NCBI GenBank assembly: GCA_031402225.1
Contig: JANNSD010000050.1
Span: 8,405 to 72,404, forward strand
DNA length: 64,000 nucleotides
DNA from: Gemmatimonadota bacterium
GTDB taxonomy: Bacteria > Gemmatimonadota > Gemmatimonadetes > Gemmatimonadales > GWC2-71-9
Direction of reading: 5' to 3'
The translations under genes and the position numbers were made by a program. A model generated the notes under the pieces. That model worked only from the letters and a program-made list of their open reading frames with translations, was not told where the DNA came from and did not search any database. Position 1 is the stretch's first letter. Each line of letters opens with the position of its first letter. Positions 1 through 11,844 of this stretch are shown here, one piece after another.

Positions 1-143
1 ATGTCGGTGGCTGGGCGGCGATTGTCGCCGTCAGCCTGGTCGTCGTGGCCGCCCTGATCGAGTGGCGCGCCAGCCGTGCCGCGTCCCGCTCCCTGCCGGC
101 GGTGGCGGCCACGAACGGGCTTGTCGGGGGCATCCGGGCGTGA
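1..143 (+). CDS. 3' end of an upstream membrane-protein gene (partial; 5' end lies outside the window)
   Basis: Frame 3 is open from the window edge and reads ...GGWAAIVAVSLVVVAALIEWRASRAASRSLPAVAATNGLVGGIRA, ending at TGA 141-143. It contains one clear hydrophobic helix. The stop overlaps the GTG at 140 of the next gene (GTGA). It is absent from the ORF track because it has no start in the window. Confidence 0.4.
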   Translation, partial: VGGWAAIVAVSLVVVAALIEWRASRAASRSLPAVAATNGLVGGIRA

Positions 144-583
144 CGCTTCGTGTCGTTGCCGCCGCGGGAGTTGCGGTGCTGCTGGCATGTGCCGCGCCGG
201 CGCCGCGGCCGATCGTGTACGGCAGCGACCAGTGCGCGCACTGTCACATGACCATTGCGGATCCGCGCTTCGCCGCGGAGCTGGTGACAACGACCGGCAA
301 GGTGCTCGTGTTCGACGACATCGGTTGCCTCGCGAATTACCTCGCTACCGGCACCGTCGCCCCGGATAAGATCCACTCGACCTGGGTGCACAACTACCTC
401 GCCCCCGATGGTTTCGTCCGTACCGGCGAGGTGCATTTCGTACGGAGCACCGTATTCCACACGCCGATGAGCAGCGGGATCGTGGCGGTCGCGCCCACAT
501 CCAGCGCCGACAGTCTCGGCATGGCGGTTGGTGGTGAGCGACTCGACTGGGCGCAGGTGCTGGCGCTCGCGCCGACGCACTGA
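140..583 (+). CDS. nosL: NosL-family copper-chaperone lipoprotein
   Basis: Carries the NosL-type motif CAHCHMTIADPRFAAELV...LVFDDIGCL. From GTG 140 the N-terminus VTLRVVAAAGVAVLLAC is a lipoprotein signal with a lipobox. The track start at 62 would overlap the upstream gene, so the start is uncertain. It lies directly upstream of nosD. Confidence 0.8.
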   Translation: MTLRVVAAAGVAVLLACAAPAPRPIVYGSDQCAHCHMTIADPRFAAELVTTTGKVLVFDDIGCLANYLATGTVAPDKIHSTWVHNYLAPDGFVRTGEVHFVRSTVFHTPMSSGIVAVAPTSSADSLGMAVGGERLDWAQVLALAPTH

Positions 584-589
584 GGCCTC

Positions 590-1837
590 ATGCCCGCGCT
601 CCGCTCGTTCGTCGTTGCCGCCGCGTGGACACTCGCCGCCGCACCGCTCGCCGCACAGCAGACCATCACCGTCCGGGCGGGCAGCCCAGTCGCGACCATC
701 GCTGACGCGCTCCGCCTGGCGACCGATGGTGACCGGATCGTCATCACCGCCGGCACCTACCCGCAGGACGCTCCCCTCGTGGTTGCGCACCGCGTCGACA
801 TCGCGGGCGAGGGCATGCCAGTCCTCCAGGGCGCGGGGGGGCACGAGCTGTTGCGGGTGACGGCAGACAGTGTGCGGATTCGCGGCCTGGTCTTCCAGAA
901 CGTGCGCACCAGCTACATCGACGACCTGGCCGCGGTACGGTTCATGGAGGTTGAGGGCTGCACCGTCGAGGACAGCCGCTTCGAGGGCACCTTCTTCGGG
1001 GTCTACCTGCAGAAGGCGGCCGGCTGCCGGATCGCCCGGAACCGCTTTGTCGGCGCCGGGAAGGGCGAAACTGCCTCGGGCAACGCGATCCACCTGTGGA
1101 ACTCGACGCGCACCACGATCGCGGATAACGCGATCACACAGCACCGGGACGGTATCTACCTCGAGTTTGCGCGCCACGTGGACGTCGTCAACAACGTGAG
1201 CGAGGCGAATTTCCGCTATGGCCTCCATTTCATGTTTTCCGACAGCTGCAACTACCGCGGCAACCGCTTCAGTCGCAACGGTGCCGGTATCGCCGTGATG
1301 TACTCGAAACAGATCGACATGACCGGCAACCGGTTTGAGGACAACTGGGGCGCGGGAGCCTACGGGTTGCTCCTCAAGGACATCACCGACGGCCGGCTCG
1401 AGGACAACCATTTCGCGCAGAACTCCACCGCGCTGTTCCTCGAGGGCTCGAGCCGCCTCCTGATCCGCGGCAATGTCTTCTACCGGAATGGCTGGGCGAT
1501 CAGGCTGATGGCGAATACGGAAGGCAACCGGTTCGCGGACAACACGTTTGCCGGCAACACGTTCGACGTGGCCACGAACAGCCAGTCGAATGCAAGCGTC
1601 TTCGACGGGAACTACTGGGATCACTACCAGGGCTACGACCTCGACCGCGATGGTTTCGGCGACGTACCCTATAGCCCGGTCCGCCTCTTTTCCCTGATCG
1701 TGCAGCAGGACGAGCCGGCACTCATCCTCCTTCGGAGTTTCCTGGTCGACCTGCTCGAGGTTGCGGAACGGGTGCTGCCGGTGCTGACGCCCGCCGCCCT
1801 CGCCGATCACCACCCGCGTCTCACCGTGGCGCCATGA
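590..1837 (+). CDS. nosD: NosD periplasmic parallel beta-helix protein (nitrous oxide reductase maturation)
   Basis: 415 aa with a signal peptide (...AAAPLAAQQ). It has repeated beta-helix turns (GIYLEFARHVDVVNN, NGAGIAVMYS, GWAIRLMAN) and a C-terminal DLDRDGFGDVPY segment. The stop overlaps the nosF start as ATGA, in a nosL/F/Y context. Confidence 0.9.
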   Translation: MPALRSFVVAAAWTLAAAPLAAQQTITVRAGSPVATIADALRLATDGDRIVITAGTYPQDAPLVVAHRVDIAGEGMPVLQGAGGHELLRVTADSVRIRGLVFQNVRTSYIDDLAAVRFMEVEGCTVEDSRFEGTFFGVYLQKAAGCRIARNRFVGAGKGETASGNAIHLWNSTRTTIADNAITQHRDGIYLEFARHVDVVNNVSEANFRYGLHFMFSDSCNYRGNRFSRNGAGIAVMYSKQIDMTGNRFEDNWGAGAYGLLLKDITDGRLEDNHFAQNSTALFLEGSSRLLIRGNVFYRNGWAIRLMANTEGNRFADNTFAGNTFDVATNSQSNASVFDGNYWDHYQGYDLDRDGFGDVPYSPVRLFSLIVQQDEPALILLRSFLVDLLEVAERVLPVLTPAALADHHPRLTVAP

Positions 1838-2553
1838 GCGCGCCGCTTGTCGTGTCCGGCCTCCGGAAGCAGTTCGGAAAGCTGCGTGTGCTGGAGGGCG
1901 TCGACATGACCCTCGATGCCGGGCAGGTGACCGCCGTGGTGGGACCCAATGCCGCGGGGAAGTCGACGCTCATCAAGTGCGTGCTGGGGCTGGTGCGTGC
2001 CGACGCGGGCAGCATCGCGGTCCTTGGCGAAACGATCGGCGCCGATCCGCACTACCGGCGTTTCATCGGCTACATGCCGCAGGCGGCCCGCTTTCCGGAC
2101 AACCTGACGGGCGATGAAGTGCTGGCCCTGCTGGCCGACCTGCGCGGCGGTGCGACCCCACGCGACGACGGGTTGCGCGCGTCACTCGGGCTCACGGCGG
2201 AAACGCTGGCGCGCCCGGTGCGGACGCTGTCGGGTGGCACGCGCCAGAAACTCAGCGCCATCGTGGCCCTCCGGCATGAGGCGCCCATCCTGGTCCTGGA
2301 TGAACCGACGGCCGGACTGGACCCGCTCACGAGTAGCCATCTCAAGGAACTGGTGCGGCACAGGGCGGCAACCGGTGCGGCAGTCCTGTTGACATCGCAT
2401 GTCATGGCGGAGGTCGAGGAGCTGGCTGACGTGCTCATCTACCTGGTCGATGGCCGCGTCCGGTTCCGGGGATCGCTGGATGAGCTGCGGCTCAAGACCG
2501 GGCAGCGCAGAGTCGAGCATGCCATTGCGCACCTGATGCGGGAGGTCGCGTGA
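1834..2553 (+). CDS. nosF: NosF ABC transporter ATP-binding protein
   Basis: Walker A GPNAAGKST, ABC signature LSGGTRQKL, Walker B ILVLDEPTAGLD. ATGA overlap with nosD and GTGA overlap with nosY. Confidence 0.9.
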   Translation: MSAPLVVSGLRKQFGKLRVLEGVDMTLDAGQVTAVVGPNAAGKSTLIKCVLGLVRADAGSIAVLGETIGADPHYRRFIGYMPQAARFPDNLTGDEVLALLADLRGGATPRDDGLRASLGLTAETLARPVRTLSGGTRQKLSAIVALRHEAPILVLDEPTAGLDPLTSSHLKELVRHRAATGAAVLLTSHVMAEVEELADVLIYLVDGRVRFRGSLDELRLKTGQRRVEHAIAHLMREVA

Positions 2554-3335
2554 CGGTCGCGAGAAAGGTGCTGGGCTACGGACTGAGCAACCTGCTGCGG
2601 AACTGGTGGGTGATCGGCTACGGACTGCTCTTTTTCCTGCTGACGGACGTCCTGTTCCGCTTCGGCGGCGGTGGCCCCCGGGTCGTGGCAAGCCTCATGA
2701 ACGTGGTCCTCATCGTCATCCCGCTGGTGAGCGTGGTGTTCGGGACGCTGTACTTCTCCAACTCGCGGGAGTTTATCGAGTTGTTGCTTGCCCAGCCGGT
2801 CGGCCGCCCCGCACTCTTTACGGGGCTCTACTTCGGGCTGGCCCTCCCGCTTGCGGCGGCGTTCGGCCTCGGTGTTGCCATCCCTGCCATCGGGCATGGC
2901 GGTACCGACCTTGTCCGCCCGGTGGCGACGCTGATCATGGCCGGTGTGCTCCTGACGCTGGTGTTCACGTCAGTGGCATTCCTGGCGGGCGTTCACTTCG
3001 AGGACCGGGCGAAGGGGCTTGGCTTTGCGCTGCTGGTCTGGTTCTGCAGTGCGGTGCTGTATGACGGACTCATCCTCTTCGTCGCGATGGTGTTCCGGGA
3101 CTATCCGCTCGAGCCGGCCCTGCTGGGACTCACGGTCCTCAATCCCGTGGACCTCGCCCGCGTCCTGCTGCTGCTGACCCTCGATGCGGCGGCGCTCATG
3201 GGCTACACCGGGGCGGTGTTCCAGCGGTTCTTCGGGACCGCGCTCGGCGTCGGGGTCGCCTGCGGCGCGCTCCTGCTCTGGACCGCGGTACCGTTCCTTC
3301 TCGGACTCCGCGGCTTCACCCGCAAGGACTTCTAG
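2550..3335 (+). CDS. nosY: NosY ABC-2 type permease
   Basis: 261 aa and strongly hydrophobic, with about 6 TM helices. Sits in the position expected for the permease after nosF, with a GTG start overlapping the nosF stop. Confidence 0.85.
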   Translation: MTVARKVLGYGLSNLLRNWWVIGYGLLFFLLTDVLFRFGGGGPRVVASLMNVVLIVIPLVSVVFGTLYFSNSREFIELLLAQPVGRPALFTGLYFGLALPLAAAFGLGVAIPAIGHGGTDLVRPVATLIMAGVLLTLVFTSVAFLAGVHFEDRAKGLGFALLVWFCSAVLYDGLILFVAMVFRDYPLEPALLGLTVLNPVDLARVLLLLTLDAAALMGYTGAVFQRFFGTALGVGVACGALLLWTAVPFLLGLRGFTRKDF

Positions 3336-3336
3336 C

Positions 3337-4647
3337 ATGGTCGCCATCGCCGCACGACCACTGCCCCTCGCCCCGCCCCTGACCGGTGCCGCGGTGTCCG
3401 AGGACCTCCCGCCGTTCCTGGTGCCGGCATCACACTTTCTGGTGGCGCTCGGGTGGCTCGTGGCCGGCAGCATCGGGCTGGTGCTGGTGTCACCGTCGCT
3501 GGCGCGCGGTGCCTGGCTGTCGCCCGGCATCGCGGCGACGGTGCACATGTTCACGCTCGGGTGGCTCGTCACGTCGGCCTACGGTGCCCTCTACCAGCTT
3601 GCGCCGGTGGTACTCGGGGTGCAGCCCAGGAGCCTGCGACTGGCGCCGGTGGTGCTGCTCCTGCACACGTCCGGGACTGCGCTGCTGGTGATCGGTCTCG
3701 GCCTCTGGACACCATTCTGTATCGCGGTCGGGTGGATTTCCGTCGCGGCGGCGCTGGCACTCTGGAGCTGGAATCTTGGCGGGGTCTTTCGTCGCTCGCT
3801 TCGCTCCCCGGTCATCGGCGCTCATGTCATGGCCGCGTACGCGGCCCTCTGGCTCACGCTGGGCCTGGCGGGGGTGCGCATCGGCAATGCCCTCGGGTGG
3901 TGGATGGTGGCGCGTGAGCCGCTCGTCGCGGCACATGTGCAGCTCGCGGCGGTGGGCTTCGGCGTGCTGCTGGTCATGGGACTGGGGAGCAGGCTCTTCC
4001 CGATGTTCCTGATGAACCGGAGCGCTACGACATGGCCTTCACGGTGGTGCGGCCCGCTCACCGCCGCCGGCGTGACGGCCCAGGTCGCTGGCTGGCTTGG
4101 CGCGCTCGACGCGCTGGTGACGGCCGGTGGACTGCTGGTGGCGGTGGGCGTCGCCCTGTTTCTTCTCCAGGCGCTGGTCTGGGTGCGCGCGCGCGCTCGC
4201 CGCGCGCTCGACTACCCGCTGCAGCAGCTGGTCGCGGCCTTCGTGCTGCTGGGTGCGGCACTGGTGACGGGGCTGGCGGCGCTCCGGTGGCCGGTCCCGC
4301 GGCTCGTCGGGGCGTACGGCGTGCTGCTGATCGTGGGGTGGATCACGCTCGTGATCGGTGCGGTGTATGGGCGCGTGCTGCCCTTCCTCACTTGGCTGGA
4401 GCGCTACAGCCCCCGAGCGGGGGTCCGGGCGGCGGGTCCCAGGGCGACCGACCTGCTGCCGCGATGGAGCACGCAGCTCTCCACGTCAGCCTGGACGATC
4501 GGCGTCGTCTTGCTTGCCGGGGCCGTCGCAGCCGGGCTGCCTCGCCTCGCGGCAGCAGGAGCATCGCTCTTTGCCCTGGGAAGCCTGATCGCCGCGCAGC
4601 AGTACCTCCGCCTGGTCCTGCCTGCACTCGGGAGCCATCCGGCATGA
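3337..4647 (+). CDS. Polytopic integral membrane protein, function unknown (possibly NnrS-like or heme-copper-type)
   Basis: ATG at 3337, one nt after the nosY stop. The track ORF start at 3184 would lie inside nosY. About 436 aa with 10-12 hydrophobic helices and conserved-looking His residues (VHMFTLGWLV, AAHVQLAAVG). The functional label rests only on inference from the neighbouring DUF2249 and nos genes. Confidence 0.75.
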   Translation: MVAIAARPLPLAPPLTGAAVSEDLPPFLVPASHFLVALGWLVAGSIGLVLVSPSLARGAWLSPGIAATVHMFTLGWLVTSAYGALYQLAPVVLGVQPRSLRLAPVVLLLHTSGTALLVIGLGLWTPFCIAVGWISVAAALALWSWNLGGVFRRSLRSPVIGAHVMAAYAALWLTLGLAGVRIGNALGWWMVAREPLVAAHVQLAAVGFGVLLVMGLGSRLFPMFLMNRSATTWPSRWCGPLTAAGVTAQVAGWLGALDALVTAGGLLVAVGVALFLLQALVWVRARARRALDYPLQQLVAAFVLLGAALVTGLAALRWPVPRLVGAYGVLLIVGWITLVIGAVYGRVLPFLTWLERYSPRAGVRAAGPRATDLLPRWSTQLSTSAWTIGVVLLAGAVAAGLPRLAAAGASLFALGSLIAAQQYLRLVLPALGSHPA

Positions 4648-4907
4648 CCCACGCGTTCGAAACACCGGTCACGTCACTCGATGTCAGGCCACTGCTGGCG
4701 GAGGGGACTGAGCCGTTCGAGGTGATCATGGCGGCGGTGGAATCACTGCCGCCGGGCGGCGTGCTCGAGCTCACGGCTCCGTTCGAGCCGGTACCCCTGT
4801 ACGCGGTACTGCGAGCCCGTGGCTTCGAGCACGTCGTGGTGCAGTCATCGGGGTCAATGCATGTCGTCCGCTTCTTTCGCCCGGGCCTCGACGGGCCTCC
4901 CGCCTGA
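4644..4907 (+). CDS. DUF2249-family small protein
   Basis: 87 aa from ATG 4644 (ATGA overlap with the previous stop). LDVRPLLAEGTEPFEVIMAAVESLPPGGVLELTAPFEPVPLYAVLRARGFEH matches my recollection of the DUF2249 pattern. The track shows this reading frame as a longer 291-aa ORF with a non-protein-like N-terminus. Confidence 0.7.
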   Translation: MTHAFETPVTSLDVRPLLAEGTEPFEVIMAAVESLPPGGVLELTAPFEPVPLYAVLRARGFEHVVVQSSGSMHVVRFFRPGLDGPPA

Positions 4908-5378
4908 TCCGCCTTGCCGATCATCCGAGGGTTGCTCCGGGACTGGCGGTGCGGCCTCCCGGCCGGAAGGTGGTGGACCATCCACCAACGGCACGAGGGA
5001 GAACTGGGCGCGGCCCCATGCGGCGGCATAGATGAGGGTCACGCTCCAGAGCCCGGGCACTCCTGCGAAGCTGTACGTCTCCAGCTGATACTCGAGCAAG
5101 GTCGAGTCAACCACGGAGCCCACCGCATCGCGGACCACGAGCAGGCCATACCCATGGGGAAGGAACGACTGGTGAATGGTCGTGAGGCGCTCCGCCGGGT
5201 TGTTCCAGGTAAACGTGACACGGTCGCTCACGTTCCTGAGGTCGGTGGCGATATAGGCGAGCGAGTCGCCGACCACCGTGACGCTCTCCTCGTTGCCGGG
5301 CTGGATCTCGTTGATGACCGAATCGACACAGCCGGTCGTACCGGCCGCGATCAGGAGCAGCAGGGTGAGATGGCGCAT
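4854..5378 (-). CDS. Lipoprotein, unknown function
   Basis: Internal start MRHLTLLLLIAAGTTGC (lipobox) at 5378 within the 431-aa track ORF. It starts 2 nt after the stop of the upstream minus-strand gene. The region upstream of this Met is Arg/Pro-rich junk antisense to that gene. Confidence 0.6.
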   Translation of the reverse strand: MRHLTLLLLIAAGTTGCVDSVINEIQPGNEESVTVVGDSLAYIATDLRNVSDRVTFTWNNPAERLTTIHQSFLPHGYGLLVVRDAVGSVVDSTLLEYQLETYSFAGVPGLWSVTLIYAAAWGRAQFSLVPLVDGPPPSGREAAPPVPEQPSDDRQGGSGGRPVEARAKEADDMH

Positions 5379-5380
5379 GA

Positions 5381-6877
5381 TCAGTCCCTCCACTGCGGGA
5401 TGGCGGTCGTCAGGTAGATGCGCAACGCGGTATTCTCGCGGCTCACGTTTGACCGCCCGTAGTAGTTGCTCCAGCGCCACAGCCAGTAGTAGTCCGCGCC
5501 CAGGCCCAGGCGTCCCCGCCAGTAGATCTTGCCCGTGAGTCCGGTGAAGAGCAGCTGATGATCGCCGGGGAAGCCGCTGATGATGGGCAGGAACACGTAA
5601 CGCGAATAGGCGCTGATCTGCGCCAATCCCGGCCAGATGATGGCGCCGTTCACCGTGCCGCCGAGCCCGATGCCGTAGTCGTAGTCCCGCCCTTCCTGCG
5701 TGAGGTAGAAGTCGGACTGGATCGCCGCCACCGGCATGAACTGGCCCAGCAGTTCGGCGCGCATCCGCGGCCCCTTCGCCGGACGGCGGCCGAGCACCGC
5801 GCCACCGTAGAACCCCTGGCCGCCGAACTCGATGATCGGGTTGGCGAGGTAGTCGTAGGTCATCATCACGGCGAGGTGGTTCAGCCCTCCGCTGCCAAGC
5901 TTCTTCGCACCCAGGCTGCCCCGAACCGTCAGTTCGGTGAGCGCGCCGGCGCTCCCGTTGTTCGTGGCCAGCGCCATCCGGACGCCGAAGGTGGAGAATG
6001 GCTTCTTCGCCAGGTCGAGAACGGGATCGCCGTAGGCAAGCTCGGCGATCACAACGGCGCCGTTCAGGACCTCGTTCTGGTTCTCGCCCGGCACGACGAG
6101 CCGGCGGTATCCGACATCGATGGCGGCGAAAACGGTCGATGGCCGCCACTCGGGCGGTGTTCGCGAGTGCTGCCAGGCCTCGCCCCGTACCACGCGATTG
6201 AACCCGCGCACCGGGTTGAGGATGCCCGCCGTCACCTCGCGCACCACCCGCTCGAACCCGTGGCTCTCATTCTTGAGCGTGAGGGAGGACACCCGGAAGA
6301 GCATTTCTCCGAGCGCGATGCCGCCAAGCGTCGTGTTGAGCAGGTCGTTGGGCGCTGGTGCCCACACCTCGCCGAACAGCTCCCAGGTGAGGCTGCCGGC
6401 GAACGCCCAGGGTGCCGACTGCCAGAAGTTGTACCCATTCGTGCGCCCGGCGTTGAAATACAGCGCGCCGTGGTAGGGATGGGCAAACTGGTTGTTCTTG
6501 AAGGCGTTGTTGTCCCACTGCCAAGGCAGCGTGAGGTTGTTGCCCCAGCTATTGAGGGACACCTTGGCCCACTCTGCATCGCTCGTGATGCGGCTGAACG
6601 CGTTCGGGATCACCTGCAGGGCCACGAGGTAGGCGGCGGCGACCCAGAAGTGCTTCTTCGGGTCGCACTGCGGACATGGGAGCGAATCCGGCTCAGCCAA
6701 GTGCGGCAAGGCCGCAGTCACGGCGCCTGGGGCCGAGAACCGCAGGTGCGGCGCCTCGACCTGCAGCCCGATGGTAACCGGGCTGTAGGGCGGTTGCTGG
6801 ACCTGCGCGGCCAGCGGGAACGCAAGCATGGTCGTCGCGGCGGCGACAATGATGCGCGTACGGCGATTGGGTGACAT
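5381..6877 (-). CDS. DUF3943-like secreted or outer-membrane protein
   Basis: 498 aa with a signal peptide (AAATTMLAFPLAAQ). The segment WDNNAFKNNQFAHPYHGALYFNAGRTNGYNFWQSAPWAFAGSLTWELFGE...PNDLLNTTLGGIALGEMLFRVS resembles the DUF3943 core as I remember it. The C-terminal half is rich in beta-strand-like G/Y segments. Confidence 0.7.
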   Translation of the reverse strand: MSPNRRTRIIVAAATTMLAFPLAAQVQQPPYSPVTIGLQVEAPHLRFSAPGAVTAALPHLAEPDSLPCPQCDPKKHFWVAAAYLVALQVIPNAFSRITSDAEWAKVSLNSWGNNLTLPWQWDNNAFKNNQFAHPYHGALYFNAGRTNGYNFWQSAPWAFAGSLTWELFGEVWAPAPNDLLNTTLGGIALGEMLFRVSSLTLKNESHGFERVVREVTAGILNPVRGFNRVVRGEAWQHSRTPPEWRPSTVFAAIDVGYRRLVVPGENQNEVLNGAVVIAELAYGDPVLDLAKKPFSTFGVRMALATNNGSAGALTELTVRGSLGAKKLGSGGLNHLAVMMTYDYLANPIIEFGGQGFYGGAVLGRRPAKGPRMRAELLGQFMPVAAIQSDFYLTQEGRDYDYGIGLGGTVNGAIIWPGLAQISAYSRYVFLPIISGFPGDHQLLFTGLTGKIYWRGRLGLGADYYWLWRWSNYYGRSNVSRENTALRIYLTTAIPQWRD

Positions 6878-6944
6878 GAGGTCCAGATGAGGGAGCGACG
6901 GCGCCCGATGAAAGTATGGCGCCTGTCCCCGGAGCCGTCCAGCC

Positions 6945-7808
6945 CTACGGAACAGGCCGTCGCGGTGCTCCCTTCACCGGCAGCAGGGCCGGGGGCTCGT
7001 CGCCGAGCCAGTTGATCTCCAGCCGGCCGGCGCGCTCGAACTCCACCGTGCCGTCACCCTGCACCACGCCCGACGGATTGACCTGCAGCAGCTCGTCGAG
7101 GCTGTACAGCTCGACGGTCAGCTCGTAGCGATGCGGGCCCTGCCGCAGTCGCTTGACGATGACCGGAGTGGTGGGGCCGAGCGTCGAGATCGTTCCCACC
7201 AGCCGGCCGTCGATCCTGATCCGCACGAGACCCCGGAGGCGCGCGGCGGCATCGGGCCCGAGTTCGATCGTCGTCGCGTCCGGCTCGTTGACGCCACGGG
7301 CCGGCGCCGAGGCTTCGTGCTTCGGGTCGACGTGCACCGGGGGAAGACAGGCGAGCAGGTTCGCGGCCCGGCGCGATCCGGACGGGTGGAAGTGATCATG
7401 ACTGAACAGGCCCATCCGGGTGAAGAACTGCACGGCGCCCTCGACCGACGCGCGGTTGGCGCGCGCGAGCCGGACCGCGGCATAGCAGTCGGCCTCGAGT
7501 TCCTGGCGCTGGCGAACCTGGTCCACGCTCGAGTCCCGGCTCGCGAGGGCGCCGCCCACATGATGGTGGAACACATGACCGTACTCATGCGCGATGAAGA
7601 AGTCGCGGAGCAATGGACCGACGCGCTCGATGAGGGCGGGATTGTAGTAGATGACGGGGCGGCCGTTCTCACGCCGTGTCACGGCCACATCGTGCAGCGT
7701 ATCGGTGGCGACCAGCCTCACATCGGTGAGCGGCTCCTGTGCGCGCAGCATCCCCGTCACGCTCCCGAGCGCCAGGATGAGCATCGCCATTCCGCTCCGC
7801 ACCCACAT
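6945..7808 (-). CDS. Secreted putative zinc metallopeptidase (HExxH)
   Basis: Start taken at MWVRSGMAMLILALGSVTGMLRAQ (signal peptide) rather than at track position 7964. HEYGHVFHHH supplies an HExxH motif, followed by ELEADCYA. The C-terminal ~100 aa form a separate beta-rich domain. Confidence 0.7.
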   Translation of the reverse strand: MWVRSGMAMLILALGSVTGMLRAQEPLTDVRLVATDTLHDVAVTRRENGRPVIYYNPALIERVGPLLRDFFIAHEYGHVFHHHVGGALASRDSSVDQVRQRQELEADCYAAVRLARANRASVEGAVQFFTRMGLFSHDHFHPSGSRRAANLLACLPPVHVDPKHEASAPARGVNEPDATTIELGPDAAARLRGLVRIRIDGRLVGTISTLGPTTPVIVKRLRQGPHRYELTVELYSLDELLQVNPSGVVQGDGTVEFERAGRLEINWLGDEPPALLPVKGAPRRPVP

Positions 7809-8259
7809 GCCGTCCGTCCTTCCGTTGGCCGGCGACCCCTGTCGCTGGTGCTTCGATCCGTGAACTACATCAAACCCGGCGTCCCCGGTTCCGGTTCCGG
7901 CCGGTGCCGGTGTGCACCGGCACCGGCGCGGTGCTGCGGCGCCCACGCGCGGCGAGTACCACAATGAGGGTCCCGAGGATCAGTATCAGTGCAGCCGACA
8001 TCGGTTCGTCCTGGTGTTGGTCTGCCCATCCGGTACGCATCACCCGAGCCAGAAGGTCCGCCGGCGCTGTCATGGGGCAGTCAAGGACTTGACCGCTCCA
8101 GGCCCAAGTGGCTCCCGGACAAGCACTAACGCGGCTCCTCAGGCGAGTGGCGTTCGCGCCTGGCTCGGCTGGGATCGGCGCACTGGGCGCCTCCAGCGCT
8201 GGTGCGCCGTTGCAGCGCGCGCCGTGGCGACCCATCTTCCACTCGACCGCCAGGGGTAC

Positions 8260-11187
<2,928 letters not shown>

Positions 11188-11188
<1 letters not shown>

Positions 11189-11844
11189 CAGCCTTCGACC
11201 AGCTTGGTCTCCAGCGCGAACTTGGTCAACCCTGCCACCGTGCGGATCCCGAGCTTCTTCATCAGGCTCTCCCGGTGGGTCTCGACGGTGCGATGGGAGA
11301 TGCCGAGCTCGCTGGCGATCTCCTTGTTGGTGAGGCCGCGCGCAATACCGGCGAGGACCTCGCATTCCCGGCCGGTCAGCAGGTCGAGGCTGGTCTTGCG
11401 CTGCTCACGGGCAATGTCCCCGCGCACCGCCTCGGACAGGCGGGCGGCGACCGCCGGGCTGAAATAGGCCTCGCCGGCCAGGACGGTGCGGATCGCGCGG
11501 GCCAGCTCCTGTGCCGCACCGTCCTTCAGCAGGTAGCCGTGCGCGCCGGCGCGCACGCTCTCGATCACGTACTCCGTGTTGTCGTACATGCTGAGAATGA
11601 GCACGCGAATGTGCGGCAGTGCGTGCCGCAGGCGTGCGGCGGCCTGCAGCCCGGTCTCTCCCGGCATGGAGATGTCGAGCACCGCCACGTCGGGCTGCTG
11701 CGCCTCGGCGAGCGGCAGGACCTCGGTGCCGTTCGTCGCCTCGCCCACCACCTGGAAGCCCTCGCGCTCGAGCACGCTCCGGATGCCTTCGCGTACCATC
11801 GCGTGGTCGTCGGCGACGAGCACGCGGATCGGGGGCTCGCTCAC
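11188..11844 (-). CDS. NarL/FixJ-family response regulator (REC + LuxR HTH)
   Basis: REC domain (VLVADDHAMVREG, DVAVLDISMPGETG) plus a LuxR-type HTH (LTGRECEVLAGIARGLTNKEIASELGISHRTVETHRESLMKKLG). 4-nt overlap with the kinase gene. Confidence 0.9.

Noticed and set aside
4854-6149. 431-aa track ORF on the minus strand.
   Set aside because: Only the last 174 codons, from the lipoprotein signal at 5378, look real. The upstream part overlaps the DUF3943-like gene in another frame and is Arg-rich junk.
7870-8001. 44-codon minus-strand ORF (MSAALILILGTLIVVLAARGRRSTAPVPV...) in the gap before the TPP riboswitch.
   Set aside because: It has a single hydrophobic helix but no ribosome-binding site and no supporting context. 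The basic tail is typical of random high-GC frames.
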